DNA of 64,000 nucleotides from an uncultured Glaciecola sp. GTDB lineage: Bacteria > Pseudomonadota > Gammaproteobacteria > Enterobacterales > Alteromonadaceae. The stretch lies in NCBI GenBank assembly GCA_905479945.1, contig CAJQOP010000047.1:6122-70121 (forward strand), in the 5' to 3' direction. Positions 21,473-32,581 of this stretch are shown here, piece after piece. Both the position numbers and the translations under genes were made by a program. The notes below the pieces were generated by a model. That model did not search any database, had not been told where the DNA came from, and was given only the letters and a program-made list of their open reading frames with translations. Positions within the stretch are counted from its first letter, which is position 1, and each line of letters opens with the position of its first letter.

Positions 21473-22552
21473 ATGACGAAAGTAACACCAAATAGCAGCG
21501 CCAATGCGCAAGTAAACACAGCTGAACTGAGTCAGTCCGATGTTTTGAACTTACTTGAAAAATTATATGCACAACAGTCACTGAGCTTTATTGAAGCTGA
21601 TGCTGTATTTAACAAGGTAATGCGTGGCGAAGTTAGTGAAATAGTTTTGTCTGCACTATTGATAGCGCTAAAAATCAAAACTGAAAGTACCGACGAAATC
21701 GCAGGCGCAGCTTCAGCAATGGTAAACAATGCCAAATTTTTTCCGCGACCAGATTACGCATTTAGCGATATTGTAGGAACCGGTGGCGATGGCCACAACA
21801 CAATCAATATATCTAGTGCTGCAGCTGTAGTTGCAGCAAGCTGCGGTGTAAAGGTTGCAAAGCACGGTAACCGAAGCGTCTCAAGCAAATCTGGGTCTTC
21901 AGACCTATTTGCTGCATTCGGGCTCAGGCTGGACATGGATCCTGACACCGCTCGCACCTGTCTTGATGAAGCAAATTTGTGCTTTTTAGCCGCTCCTGCG
22001 TATCACTCTGGTGTGAAGTATGCGATGCCAGTGCGCTTGGCCCTTAAAACTAGAACCTTATTCAATATTTTAGGCCCGCTCGCTAACCCGGCAAAACCGA
22101 CCCACAGTATGTTAGGTGTATATACGCCTAAATTGCTCGATACTTACGCGCAAACCTTGGTGAAGCTCGGGCATAACAATGCATATGTTATTCATGGTAG
22201 TGGTTTAGACGAACTTGCCCTGCATGGCAGTAGCCAAATAGTGGAAGTTAACAACGGTGTTATATCACAAAGTGAGGTATCTCCAGCTGATTTTGGGCTA
22301 ACACATTACCCACTGCAGGCAATTGAAGGTGGTGAGCCAGAACAAAACAGAGCGCTCATTGCCAACGTTTTTAATGGCGAAGGTAAACCGGCTCATACTG
22401 CCGCGATAGCGATGAATGCTGCAGCGCTCATGAAACTAAATAACGTGGCTGATAGCTATTCTGAAGCCTGTGATATGGCAATGGCATCGATTTCATCAGG
22501 TGCGCCGATGAGAACAATTGAAAAAGCGGCTGTTTTAAGCCAAAAAAATTAA
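21473..22552 (+). CDS. trpD: Anthranilate phosphoribosyltransferase
   Basis: DIVGTGGDG, KHGNRSVSSKSGS, RTLFNILGPL. Confidence 0.97.
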   Translation: MTKVTPNSSANAQVNTAELSQSDVLNLLEKLYAQQSLSFIEADAVFNKVMRGEVSEIVLSALLIALKIKTESTDEIAGAASAMVNNAKFFPRPDYAFSDIVGTGGDGHNTINISSAAAVVAASCGVKVAKHGNRSVSSKSGSSDLFAAFGLRLDMDPDTARTCLDEANLCFLAAPAYHSGVKYAMPVRLALKTRTLFNILGPLANPAKPTHSMLGVYTPKLLDTYAQTLVKLGHNNAYVIHGSGLDELALHGSSQIVEVNNGVISQSEVSPADFGLTHYPLQAIEGGEPEQNRALIANVFNGEGKPAHTAAIAMNAAALMKLNNVADSYSEACDMAMASISSGAPMRTIEKAAVLSQKN

Positions 22553-22579
22553 CTCAATTTTAAGATGTAAGAGAATATT

Positions 22580-24007
22580 GTGGCTAAAAACATATTAGAA
22601 AAAATTGTTGATGATAAAAAACTGGAAATTTCCCAGCGCAAAATTGATTTTCCCTTAAGTGAATTTAAAGACAAATTACAGCCTTGTAAAAAAGACTTTT
22701 TCGCAGCACTCGCTGCACCTAACGCTAGCTTTATTTTGGAGTGTAAAAAGGCATCTCCATCTAAAGGACTAATTAGAGCTAATTTTGATTTGGACGAAAT
22801 TATTGAAGCCTATGCGCCGCATGCTTCATGCTTTTCTGTGCTTACTGACGAAAAATATTTTCAAGGAAAATTTGAATACCTCGATTACATTACTTCAAGG
22901 GTTAAGCAGCCTGTAATTAATAAAGACTTTTTTGTAGAAGAGTATCAAATATACTTAGCTCGTTATCATAACGCAGACGCTGTATTGCTTATGCTCTCGG
23001 TATTGAATGATGCAGAATTTAAAACGCTGAGTGCTCTTACGCATAAATTGGGTATGCACGTGTTAACCGAAGTGAGCAATGAAGAAGAAGTAACTAGAGC
23101 ACTAAACCTTGATGCCAATATAATTGGCATTAACAACCGCAATTTACGAGATTTAAGCACCGATCTTGCAACCACTGAGCGATTGGTCCCGTTGATAAAA
23201 GAAAGCGGGTTTAAAGGTGTGATTTTATCTGAATCTGGTATCTATCAACATTCAGAAGTGCAGCGTTTAAGCCCACTAGTAGACGGTTTCTTAGTTGGCA
23301 GTGCATTGATGGCAGAAGCAAACCTGATAAACGCTGTAGAGAAGCTTATATTCGGCGAAGTGAAAGTGTGCGGTATTAATTCAGTAGCAAATGCTGAAAA
23401 AATAATAGTCACACCCGCAAGTTATATTGGCTTGATATTCGCGACCAAATCGCTTCGCTATGTGTCATTAGAAATAGCAACTGAGATAGCAGACTACGTC
23501 CTAAAAAACAGTACTAAACGTCTGGTCGGCGTATTTTTAGATAACCCAATACAAGTGGTTGCCGACTATGCAAGAAAGTTATCACTTAGCGCAGTGCAAC
23601 TGCATGGCAATGAATCAATTGAATATATGCAAACGTTGCGTAAAGTATTGCCAGAAACATGCGAAATATGGTCGGTAGAATCGGTTCATCAAAAGCAGAC
23701 AGATTTACATGATTTTGTAAGTACTAGACTAAATGAGAGTTTAACTGTAGCGCAAAAAGTACTGCTCGACTGCAAAGTAGGCGAACAAGTGGGTGGCACT
23801 GGAGCTTCATTCGACTGGCAATTGTTAGAGAATGTGCCTCACAAACACAAACTAATATTGGCTGGCGGATTGAGGCCTGACAATATTAAAGCGGCCCGAA
23901 TAACGGGTGTCGCTATCCTAGATGTAAATTCAGGAGTTGAAGACGCTCCTGCAGAAAAATCAGAATCCAAACTGAGCAGTTTATTTAGTTTATTGAGAAG
24001 CTATTAG
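22580..24007 (+). CDS. trpCF: Bifunctional indole-3-glycerol-phosphate synthase / PRA isomerase
   Basis: ECKKASPSKG, GINNRNL, then KVCGI, VQLHGNE, LAGGL, DVNSGVE. Confidence 0.96.
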   Translation: MAKNILEKIVDDKKLEISQRKIDFPLSEFKDKLQPCKKDFFAALAAPNASFILECKKASPSKGLIRANFDLDEIIEAYAPHASCFSVLTDEKYFQGKFEYLDYITSRVKQPVINKDFFVEEYQIYLARYHNADAVLLMLSVLNDAEFKTLSALTHKLGMHVLTEVSNEEEVTRALNLDANIIGINNRNLRDLSTDLATTERLVPLIKESGFKGVILSESGIYQHSEVQRLSPLVDGFLVGSALMAEANLINAVEKLIFGEVKVCGINSVANAEKIIVTPASYIGLIFATKSLRYVSLEIATEIADYVLKNSTKRLVGVFLDNPIQVVADYARKLSLSAVQLHGNESIEYMQTLRKVLPETCEIWSVESVHQKQTDLHDFVSTRLNESLTVAQKVLLDCKVGEQVGGTGASFDWQLLENVPHKHKLILAGGLRPDNIKAARITGVAILDVNSGVEDAPAEKSESKLSSLFSLLRSY

Positions 24008-24115
24008 ATTAAATGCGTCAAAGGCATCAGAATTTGAAGCATTAATACCTTCTAACAATGAAGTATCTAAACAAGACTGCATAGTTATAAATGACTGCTT
24101 AGTTAAAATAAACAA

Positions 24116-25309
24116 GTGAGTAATACAATGAATAAGTTAGATAGCAAGTTCGGTGATTTTGGTGGCATGTATGTCCCAGAGTTACTCATTCCAGCCTTAG
24201 ATCAGTTAGAGCAGGCTTTTTTAGAAGCCAAGGATGATCCTAGTTTCCAAAAAGAATTCATGGGCCTTTTAAAAGACTATGCTGGGCGTCCAACCGCAAT
24301 GACCTTGACTAGAAACCTAGTTTCTAACCCCTTGGTTAAGCTTTATTTAAAGCGTGAAGATTTATTGCATGGCGGTGCGCACAAAACCAATCAAGTTTTG
24401 GGCCAAGCGCTTTTAACCAAGCGTATGGGTAAAACCGAGGTAATTGCGGAAACCGGTGCTGGCCAGCATGGCGTAGCAACAGCTCTCGCGTGTGCATTAT
24501 TAGGCCTTAAAGCTCGTATTTATATGGGTGCAAAAGACGTTGAAAGACAATCTCCTAACGTATTTAGAATGAAGTTAATGGGCGCTGAAGTAATTCCAGT
24601 AGATTCAGGCTCTGGCACGCTGAAAGACGCCGTTAACGAAGCCATGCGCGACTGGTCAGCAAATTATGACAAAGCACACTATTTACTTGGCACTGCTGCA
24701 GGTCCTCACCCTTTCCCGACCATAGTGCGTGAATATCATCGCATGATCGGTGAAGAAACTAGAGCTCAAATAATGGAAAAAGAAGGTCGTTTACCTGACG
24801 CGGTTGTCGCTTGTGTTGGCGGTGGTTCTAACGCCATCGGTATGTTCGCCGACTTTATTGACGAACCATCGGTAAAGCTTGTTGGCGTTGAGCCAGCTGG
24901 TAAAGGAGTTCACACAAAAGAACACGGTGCGACCATTGTTACCGGCACGAAAGGTATTTTACACGGTGCTTATACCTTTATTATGCAAGACGAAGACGGC
25001 CAAATTGAAGAGTCTTATTCCGTTTCAGCTGGTTTGGATTACCCTGCTGTTGGTCCACAACACGCATTTTTAGCTGAAACTGGTCGCGCTGAGTATCATG
25101 CAGTTACTGATGATGAAGCCCTAAATGCATTTCAATTACTATGTAAAAAAGAGGGTATTATACCTGCATTGGAATCATCTCACGCCATAGCGCATGCCTT
25201 AAACATGGCGGATGACGCAACCGAAGAGACGATTATTGTTGTTAATTTATCAGGCCGCGGCGATAAAGATCTTGAGCATGTTGTTAAAATTTTAGGAGAC
25301 AAAATATGA
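24116..25309 (+). CDS. trpB: Tryptophan synthase beta chain
   Basis: [32 protein letters not shown]. Confidence 0.98.
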   Translation: MSNTMNKLDSKFGDFGGMYVPELLIPALDQLEQAFLEAKDDPSFQKEFMGLLKDYAGRPTAMTLTRNLVSNPLVKLYLKREDLLHGGAHKTNQVLGQALLTKRMGKTEVIAETGAGQHGVATALACALLGLKARIYMGAKDVERQSPNVFRMKLMGAEVIPVDSGSGTLKDAVNEAMRDWSANYDKAHYLLGTAAGPHPFPTIVREYHRMIGEETRAQIMEKEGRLPDAVVACVGGGSNAIGMFADFIDEPSVKLVGVEPAGKGVHTKEHGATIVTGTKGILHGAYTFIMQDEDGQIEESYSVSAGLDYPAVGPQHAFLAETGRAEYHAVTDDEALNAFQLLCKKEGIIPALESSHAIAHALNMADDATEETIIVVNLSGRGDKDLEHVVKILGDKI

Positions 25310-26118
25310 GCACCACTCGCTATGCAGACATGTTTGCCGATCTAAAAAGTAAGAAGCAAGGTGCATTCGTGCCATTCGTTATGATTGGCGATCCAAATAA
25401 AGAAACGTCGTTAGCAATTATTGATCATCTGGTAAAAAGCGGAGCCGATGCCTTAGAATTAGGTATCCCTTATTCCGACCCAATTGCCGACGGACCAACG
25501 ATACAGAAAGCCAGTATTCGAGCTTTAGGTAGTGGTGTAAGACCACAAGATTGTTTTGACATACTTACCGAAATTCGTAAAAAGCACCCTACTATTCCTA
25601 TAGGATTATTACTTTACAGTAACTTGGTTTTGGTCAACGGTATTGACCATTTTTATAAACTCGCATCAGCTGCTGGTGTCGACTCTATCCTAATTGCCGA
25701 TGTACCATTGCGTGAAGCTGATCGTTTTATAACTATTGCTAAGGCAAATGATATCCAGCAAATCCTTATTGCGCCGCCTAATGCTAGCAATGAAACCCTA
25801 AAAGCGATTGGTGAAAAATCCGATGGTTACACTTACTTGCTTGGAAGAGCTGGCGTTACTGGAACCGAAACCGCGGTTGAGATCCCTGCCGCAGCATTAG
25901 TTGAAAAACTGCGGAAATTTGAAGTTGCACCTCCTTTACTTGGTTTCGGTATTAGTACGCCAGAGCAAGTTCAGAACGCCATTCAATCTGGCGCTGCAGG
26001 GGCAATATCAGGTTCAGCGACGGTAAATATTATCGAAGCAAACCTATCGGATGAACCCAAAATGCTCGCAGAGTTAGGCGAATTTGTAAGCATCATGAAA
26101 AGTGCTACAGCTAAATAA
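25306..26118 (+). CDS. trpA: Tryptophan synthase alpha chain
   Basis: [27 protein letters not shown]. Confidence 0.98.
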   Translation: MSTTRYADMFADLKSKKQGAFVPFVMIGDPNKETSLAIIDHLVKSGADALELGIPYSDPIADGPTIQKASIRALGSGVRPQDCFDILTEIRKKHPTIPIGLLLYSNLVLVNGIDHFYKLASAAGVDSILIADVPLREADRFITIAKANDIQQILIAPPNASNETLKAIGEKSDGYTYLLGRAGVTGTETAVEIPAAALVEKLRKFEVAPPLLGFGISTPEQVQNAIQSGAAGAISGSATVNIIEANLSDEPKMLAELGEFVSIMKSATAK

Positions 26119-26240
26119 GAGCCGTAGCCTTATTATTGCTGCTGCTTTTAAATAACTTTGATATTTGGTTTACAAAGGCGAGCATCATTTAAGATAGAAC
26201 ATGATAAAATATCGCTTATTAAAATTGAAAAGGAAATAAA

Positions 26241-26540
26241 ATGTGGTACATGATTTATGCCGAAGATATTGAAAATAGCTTAGCTATCAGAATGGAAGCT
26301 AGGCCAGCACACATAGAAAGAATTAGCGCATTGGTAGACCAAGGCCGAATTTTAGTTGCTGGCCCAACGCCAGCAATTGATAGTGAAGATCCGGCAGAAG
26401 CTGGTTTTACGGGCTCTCTTATTATTGCTCAATTTGAGTCTTTGCAAGAAGCTAAGGCTTGGGCTGACGCTGACCCATATGTAACAGCTGGCGTATTCAA
26501 ATCAGTTATAGTTAAACCGTATAAGAAGGTATTACCGTAG
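26241..26540 (+). CDS. yciI: YciI family protein
   Basis: [32 protein letters not shown]. Confidence 0.93.
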   Translation: MWYMIYAEDIENSLAIRMEARPAHIERISALVDQGRILVAGPTPAIDSEDPAEAGFTGSLIIAQFESLQEAKAWADADPYVTAGVFKSVIVKPYKKVLP

Positions 26541-26541
26541 T

Positions 26542-26958
26542 TTGGACATCTTCATTACCGGCACAATAAGCATCGATGAGAGCGAGTTCAGTTTATCTGC
26601 AACTCGTGCTCAGGGTGCTGGCGGCCAGCATGTTAATAAAGTAGCCACGGCTATTTATCTGCGTTTTGATATTAAACAATCCTCTTTGACTGACAAACTC
26701 AAATCGAAGCTACTGAACAGTAGTGATTCAAGAATTACTTCAGAAGGTGTTTTGGTTATTCGAGCTCAAAATCACCGGACACAAGAACAGAACAAACGAG
26801 ATGCAATTAAGCGTTTAGTGGAGGTTTTAAGAGAGTATTCTTATGAAAAACCAATTCGCAGAGCCACTAAACCAAGCCGCTCATCACAACGCAAAAGAAT
26901 GGACAGCAAGACTAAGAGTGGACAACAAAAGCAGCTTAGGAAAAAAATAGACCATTAG
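26542..26958 (+). CDS. arfB: Alternative ribosome rescue aminoacyl-tRNA hydrolase ArfB
   Basis: GAGGQHVNK (GGQ motif), basic tail RRATKPSRSSQRKR. Confidence 0.94.
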   Translation: MDIFITGTISIDESEFSLSATRAQGAGGQHVNKVATAIYLRFDIKQSSLTDKLKSKLLNSSDSRITSEGVLVIRAQNHRTQEQNKRDAIKRLVEVLREYSYEKPIRRATKPSRSSQRKRMDSKTKSGQQKQLRKKIDH

Positions 26959-27063
26959 GTAACTTGCTTAACCATCATTTGGCCATCTTTATATTTAAAT
27001 CACGCTGCTATTTTATAAATGTCACATTTTGGCATGCTTGCTAGACGCTTTATAACGATGCGC

Positions 27064-28068
27064 CTAATTACGCATATTCACCACATAACGACCCACCACC
27101 TTACTTTGAAAGAAACGATCCAAATATTCAGGTGTTTGTGCCAAGGTAATTTCTTCGCAATATTGTTCTAGTTGAGGGAGTTTCATATCTGTCGCCACGC
27201 GATGCCAAATATGCTGTTTGTCGGTCAATGGTATGTAAACAGAATCTACACCAAGCAAGGAAACACCGCGTGTAATAAAAGGGATCACGGTCAAAGATAA
27301 GTTTGGTGATGAAGCCAATCCACAAGAAGCGACCGCGCCACCTGCTTTAAGTTGTTTCAGCATATTTGCTAAGTAATCACCCCCTAGGGTATCTATTCCG
27401 TTAGCCCACAACTCTTTGCCTACAGGCTTATCATTGACTAGATTGATGGTATCGCGATGCAGCACCTCTCGCGCACCTAATGCCTTTAAATAGTCACTTT
27501 TTTCTGGCTTACCAGAGAACGCCACAACGTCATAAGATAATTGTTTAAGCATTGCCACACTCATACTACCAACGCCCCCAGTAGCGCCTGTTACCGCTAT
27601 TGGTCCGTCACTAGGTTTCGCACCCATTTTTTCCAACTTTTGAATGCATAGCGCCGCGGTCAAGCCGCCTGTTCCATAAATCATGGCTTCTTTAAGGCTA
27701 AGAGTAGCAGGGCATGACACCGCCCAATTGGCTGGGATTGAGATCATTTGACCAAGACCACCAGCAGTATTCATACCCAAATCATATCCAAAAACTAAGA
27801 CCTGTTCGCCTACTTTAAAAGTGCCTGATTTGTCACTGACAACAAGGCCAGCTGCATCTATGCCTGGAGTATGAGGGAAATTCTGGGTAATGCGTTTATT
27901 ACCGCTGGCAGACATGGCATCTTTGAAATTGAGTGAAGAGTAATGCACTTCAATTAGCAGTTCATTATCTGGTAGCTCGTCGACATCACGCTCACAGATA
28001 CTTTTAGTGAAGGTATTGTCCGCATTTTCTTGAACGACTAAAGCTTTAAAACGATTTGTTTCGGTCAT
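27064..28068 (-). CDS. acuI: YhdH/AcuI family quinone oxidoreductase (acryloyl-CoA reductase-like)
   Basis: YSSLNFKD, PGIDAAG, GTGGLTAAL, VTGATGGVGS, PFITRGVSLLGVDSV. Confidence 0.8.
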   Translation of the reverse strand: MTETNRFKALVVQENADNTFTKSICERDVDELPDNELLIEVHYSSLNFKDAMSASGNKRITQNFPHTPGIDAAGLVVSDKSGTFKVGEQVLVFGYDLGMNTAGGLGQMISIPANWAVSCPATLSLKEAMIYGTGGLTAALCIQKLEKMGAKPSDGPIAVTGATGGVGSMSVAMLKQLSYDVVAFSGKPEKSDYLKALGAREVLHRDTINLVNDKPVGKELWANGIDTLGGDYLANMLKQLKAGGAVASCGLASSPNLSLTVIPFITRGVSLLGVDSVYIPLTDKQHIWHRVATDMKLPQLEQYCEEITLAQTPEYLDRFFQSKVVGRYVVNMRN

Positions 28069-28184
28069 GATTAATATCCTAATTTATTAAGGGTGTTAGC
28101 AAGGAATGCTAATACATTCCCTCATAAAGTAACCAATTTAGATCAATAAAATAAAAAGAAACTAAACTTCGACTAGCGACGATT

Positions 28185-29744
28185 TTAAGATATCTGACGC
28201 TCTTGCCCTTCCCAGTAAGGTTTGCGCAATTCAGTCTTAAGCACTTTATTCGCCCCCGATAGTGGGAAGGGCTCGGTTCTGAATTCAATGCTTCGCGGAC
28301 TCTTATATCCAGCAATTAGGGTATGACAGTGTTTTTGCAATTCTTCGGCAGTCACTTCGGCACCCGGATTCAGGATAACAAGCGCATGCACGCTTTCACC
28401 CCATTGTTCGCTTGGAATACCAATCACAGCGCTTGTCGCCACGGCAGGGTGTTGCCCAATTGCATTTTCAACCTCGGCGGAATACACGTTTTCACCGCCC
28501 GATACGATCATATCTTTGACTCGGTCCATAAGGAAGATAAAACCATCCTCATCCATATAGCCTGCATCGCCTGTCATTACCCAACCATCTCGTATAGTCT
28601 CAGCAGTCACTTCGGGATTATTCCAATAACCCAGCATAGTGGTCGGCCCTTTTACTATTATCTGCCCGACATCGCCACGCGGCACCTCATGCATGTCCTC
28701 ATCCACTACCCGTATTTCACAGACCATTGTTGCGCGTCCCGCTGAGCGCAGCTTGCCAGCTTTTGCCCCTTCGAGAACGTGATAGCCTTCGGGAAGAACT
28801 GTCGCTACAGGGCTCAGCTCTGTTTGACCAAAAGCCTGCAGGAAAGACGCGTTAGGAAACCTTGCAAACGCATCGATAAGAACCGACTGCGTAATTGGCG
28901 AAGCCCCATAGGCAATCTGTTTCAAGGACGAAACATCCGTCTGCGCGAGCTTGTCGCTTTGCAAGATCATTTGCAGCATAACGGGCACCAACAATATCTG
29001 ATTAGGTCGATGCTTCTCGATGGCATCCAATGTGCCGTCTACAGTGAACATCGGAACTACTACATGAGTTCCCGCCATGAAACTCACACCAGCAAACCAA
29101 ACCAAATCAGCAATATGAAACATCGGGGCAGCGTGCAAATAGACGGTACCTTCAGCCATATTTATCTCGTGGGCATTTGAAACACCACCCACATAAAAAT
29201 TGGTATGTGAGAGCATCACGCCTTTAGGAAACCCAGTCGTACCACCGGTATAAAAGATACCAGCCAAATCATCTCCGCTGCGACCAGCATCCTCTGTAGG
29301 AGCATTTGATGCCACAATATCTTCGTAATTCTCCATTCCCTCAGGCGTTTCACCATCTCCGCAATAGATTAAGGTCTGCAAACCTGGAATTTGCGATTTC
29401 GCCTCAATTGCGACGTCTTTAAAAGCCTCATCCACGATCAAGATTTCAGCGCCAGCATCTTGCAAGGCATATACACATTCTGCAGCGGCCCAACGGATAT
29501 TCATTGGCATCATGGCCCCACCACCCCAAACACTAGCAAAGTAGTATTCGATGAAGCGATCAGAGTTCAGCGACAATAGAGCGACTCGATCCCCGGGCTT
29601 CATGCCAAGAGCCTGCAAGCCCCCAGCTAATCGTGCCACTCGGTCGAGCATCTGAGCCCAAGTTTGTTTTCTGTCCTGATAGATAGTTGCAATACCCTTG
29701 GGATTGATCTGAGCTGCGCGTCTGAGAATAGATGTAATCTGCAT
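28185..29744 (-). CDS. Long-chain-fatty-acid--CoA ligase (AMP-binding family)
   Basis: YTGGTTGFPKGV, FGQTE, TGDAG, DRVKDMIVSGGENVYSAEVE. Confidence 0.92.
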   Translation of the reverse strand: MQITSILRRAAQINPKGIATIYQDRKQTWAQMLDRVARLAGGLQALGMKPGDRVALLSLNSDRFIEYYFASVWGGGAMMPMNIRWAAAECVYALQDAGAEILIVDEAFKDVAIEAKSQIPGLQTLIYCGDGETPEGMENYEDIVASNAPTEDAGRSGDDLAGIFYTGGTTGFPKGVMLSHTNFYVGGVSNAHEINMAEGTVYLHAAPMFHIADLVWFAGVSFMAGTHVVVPMFTVDGTLDAIEKHRPNQILLVPVMLQMILQSDKLAQTDVSSLKQIAYGASPITQSVLIDAFARFPNASFLQAFGQTELSPVATVLPEGYHVLEGAKAGKLRSAGRATMVCEIRVVDEDMHEVPRGDVGQIIVKGPTTMLGYWNNPEVTAETIRDGWVMTGDAGYMDEDGFIFLMDRVKDMIVSGGENVYSAEVENAIGQHPAVATSAVIGIPSEQWGESVHALVILNPGAEVTAEELQKHCHTLIAGYKSPRSIEFRTEPFPLSGANKVLKTELRKPYWEGQERQIS

Positions 29745-29970
29745 TGGGTGATTCCTTCTTAGCGTGGATTTGAAATTTCTTTTTATAAACCTTAATCTCT
29801 TTCTGTCAAATATGGTAGAAAATAGTTTAAGATAAGTGCTGATCCAACATATATTTAGTTTATTTGGCCGCGAAAGTCTTTTCTTTTGAGCACATTATTC
29901 AGCTAAGGTTCAGTAATCCACTGCATAATAGATAATGTAAAATTACACAATAAAGTCAATCATCACTGAG

Positions 29971-30252
29971 GTGAGTATTATTAAACTGATTACCCTACGT
30001 TCTTTCTGTTTAGTCACTATGCTTATTTTCTCCAGCCAAGTAATCTGGGTCTCGGACGCTGCGGCAAAACAAAAGCAAGAACAGCAAAAAGTAAGTAAGT
30101 CACAAGCAGCGCAATTAGCTCAGCGAGCTGTCGCGGGTAAAGTACTTAAAGTAGAAAAGCGTGGAAATTCTTATCGGGTTAAAATTCATCAGAAATCTGG
30201 TCGTGTTGTTTATGTAACAGTTGATGCGACAACGGGTAAAGTTCGTAAATAA
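29971..30252 (+). CDS. PepSY domain small exported protein
   Basis: Signal-like N-terminus; QAAQLAQ...GKVLKV...YRVKI...VDATTG; upstream of a two-component pair. Confidence 0.8.
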   Translation: MSIIKLITLRSFCLVTMLIFSSQVIWVSDAAAKQKQEQQKVSKSQAAQLAQRAVAGKVLKVEKRGNSYRVKIHQKSGRVVYVTVDATTGKVRK

Positions 30253-30334
30253 ATTTATACGGCAATAATCTAATCATTTCACTAAACATAACGTTATCCA
30301 ATTGGTTTAAATCAGCAAAGAACGGAGTTTATAC

Positions 30335-31012
30335 ATGCGAATTTTGATAGTCGAAGATGACAGTAGGCTCCTGCTCCAACTTGACCAATACATGCAGTCA
30401 CAAGGATTCAGTGTCGATTTAGCGGATGATGGCAACAAGGCCCTATATCAACTGCAGGAATACGATTACGATTTAGCTATTGTTGATGTCGGTTTACCAG
30501 GCATTGACGGTTTTGAAGTGGTAAAACAAGCCAGAGCAAAAGACATCACCTGCCCCATTATTATTCTTACTGCTCGTGATCGCTGGCAAGAAAAAGTCAA
30601 AGGTTTGGAATGTGGTGCTGATGATTACTTAACTAAGCCTTTTGTGCATGAAGAATTACTTGCTCGCGTAAAAGCGTTAATTCGACGCAGTGCTGGCCAA
30701 GCTAACCCTCTTTTGCAAAAAGGGCCGCTTTCATTGGACACCAGCGCCAATCAATTATATGTAAATGAGCAAGCGATTGAGCTTACGGCTTATGAATATA
30801 AAGTAATTGAATATTTGATGATGAACCCAAATAAAGTGGTATCTAAAACAGAGATGGTCGAACACATTTACGATCAAGATTTTGATTTAGATAGCAACGT
30901 TATAGAGGTTTTTGTTGGCAGACTGCGACGTAAAATTGATAAAGCTAACGAAATTAAGCCTATTGAAACCTTGCGCGGCCGAGGTTATAGACTCAATGCA
31001 AACTTGCAATGA
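30335..31012 (+). CDS. OmpR/PhoP-like response regulator
   Basis: ILIVEDD, DVGLPG, LTARDRWQEKV, DDYLTKPF, winged helix SNVIEVFVGRLR. Confidence 0.93.
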   Translation: MRILIVEDDSRLLLQLDQYMQSQGFSVDLADDGNKALYQLQEYDYDLAIVDVGLPGIDGFEVVKQARAKDITCPIIILTARDRWQEKVKGLECGADDYLTKPFVHEELLARVKALIRRSAGQANPLLQKGPLSLDTSANQLYVNEQAIELTAYEYKVIEYLMMNPNKVVSKTEMVEHIYDQDFDLDSNVIEVFVGRLRRKIDKANEIKPIETLRGRGYRLNANLQ

Positions 31013-31094
31013 TGAAAATATAACCATGCCACTAAAACACCCAATATAATTTACCCTAACCAGCAGACCGAGAACTAGCGCTAATGGAAAGAAA

Positions 31095-32498
31095 ATGAAA
31101 ACTTGGTCAATTACCCGCCGAATATTTTTCGCTTGCTTCTTGTTTGTGGCTATCTTTTTTCCAGCGGTCATTTTTTCTATGCAAAATGCCTATGAGCGAA
31201 GCTTACTTTTAGCCAAACAAGAAGAATTATCGACAACCGCATTTGCCATGATTTCGGAGTTCGAATTTGAAAACGGTAACGCCGTTATGCCTTCTCGGCT
31301 TTTTGTCGAAGACTTAAATCTTCCAGGCTCAGATCTCGTGGCGACGATCATATGGAGAAAGCAACAAATATGGCAGTCTCAGTCATCTATTGATAACTCT
31401 ATTGATGCTAGCTTGTTCAATCTATTTCTAGGCGAAACTCAAGGACAAGTGACTGGCGAAACTTTATTCTTACCCAATTTCAGCGAAGAAAACCCACATT
31501 TTGCACTTTCAAAAAAGGCAGAGTTTTTTATAGATGGCGACTTTGAAGAAGTGAGTTTTTTAGTCATCAATAACAAGAACAATTATACCCGTGAGTTAAG
31601 CACATTTATTAATCGTTTATGGGGCTGGATTGCAGTTTTAGGTATCATATTGCTTGGCCTTATAGCCATGTCCTTGCGCAGTGTTTTTATGCCAATGCAG
31701 AAGATTATCAAAAGAATAGAGCAAATCGAACGAGGCGAAATTGATCAGATCAATGATGACTATCCACCCGAAATACAACCCCTACAAAAAAGTATTAACA
31801 AACTTCTTGATAGTGAAAAGCAGCAGCGAGAGCGGTATAAAAAGAGCCTTGATGATTTAGCGCACAGCATAAAAACACCTCTGAGTGTTATTTTGGGCCA
31901 GACTGACCTTAGTCACGAAATTAAGCAGCCGATATTGCATATCGACGATATAGTAAAACGACAGCTAAAACGCGCCACCATTAACGTAATTGGCTTTTTG
32001 CCAAGTATTGATATAGGTCCTTCTACTCAATCATTAGTAGATGCAATGAGTAAGATTCATCACCAAAAATCACTTTCACTCCAATCAAAAATACCGAGCC
32101 CAGCCCCTTTATCTATCGATCAAACCGACTATATGGAAATACTAGGAAACTTGCTTGATAACGCATGCAAGGCAGCCCAGAGCGAGGTGTCTATTGAGTA
32201 CAAGCGCAGGGCTACACATACTGAGATAATAATAAAGGATGATGGCAAAGGAATTTCCCAATCGGCCATAAATGCGATAACTGAGCGTGGTCGACGCTTG
32301 GATACTTACACCGAAGGTCAGGGATTAGGACTGGCCTTGGTTGTGGATATGCTAGAAAGCTATGGTGGCGAACTGAAAATTCAAAGTGAACAAGCCCTCG
32401 GGAGTACATTTAGTATAGTTTTGCCACATCATCGCAGCAATATAGTCAGCACAATAAACACCGAAACAGGCACCTTAAAAAACGAAGATTCAGCCTAA
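31095..32498 (+). CDS. PhoQ-like sensor histidine kinase
   Basis: Two TM segments, HAMP, H-box DLAHSIKTPL, GNLLDNA, DDGKGI, GQGLGL. Confidence 0.92.
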   Translation: MKTWSITRRIFFACFLFVAIFFPAVIFSMQNAYERSLLLAKQEELSTTAFAMISEFEFENGNAVMPSRLFVEDLNLPGSDLVATIIWRKQQIWQSQSSIDNSIDASLFNLFLGETQGQVTGETLFLPNFSEENPHFALSKKAEFFIDGDFEEVSFLVINNKNNYTRELSTFINRLWGWIAVLGIILLGLIAMSLRSVFMPMQKIIKRIEQIERGEIDQINDDYPPEIQPLQKSINKLLDSEKQQRERYKKSLDDLAHSIKTPLSVILGQTDLSHEIKQPILHIDDIVKRQLKRATINVIGFLPSIDIGPSTQSLVDAMSKIHHQKSLSLQSKIPSPAPLSIDQTDYMEILGNLLDNACKAAQSEVSIEYKRRATHTEIIIKDDGKGISQSAINAITERGRRLDTYTEGQGLGLALVVDMLESYGGELKIQSEQALGSTFSIVLPHHRSNIVSTINTETGTLKNEDSA

Positions 32499-32523
32499 TT
32501 GTTTAGTGATGCTTTCTTTTCGA

Positions 32524-32581
32524 CATAAACTATATTTTGAACGACGCTATAGGCATAAACTATATTTTGAGCGACGCTATA
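32524..32581. repeat. 30-bp-period direct repeat duplicating the 3' end of eda
   Basis: cataaactatattttga(a/g)cgacgctata at 32524 and 32554. Confidence 0.85.
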
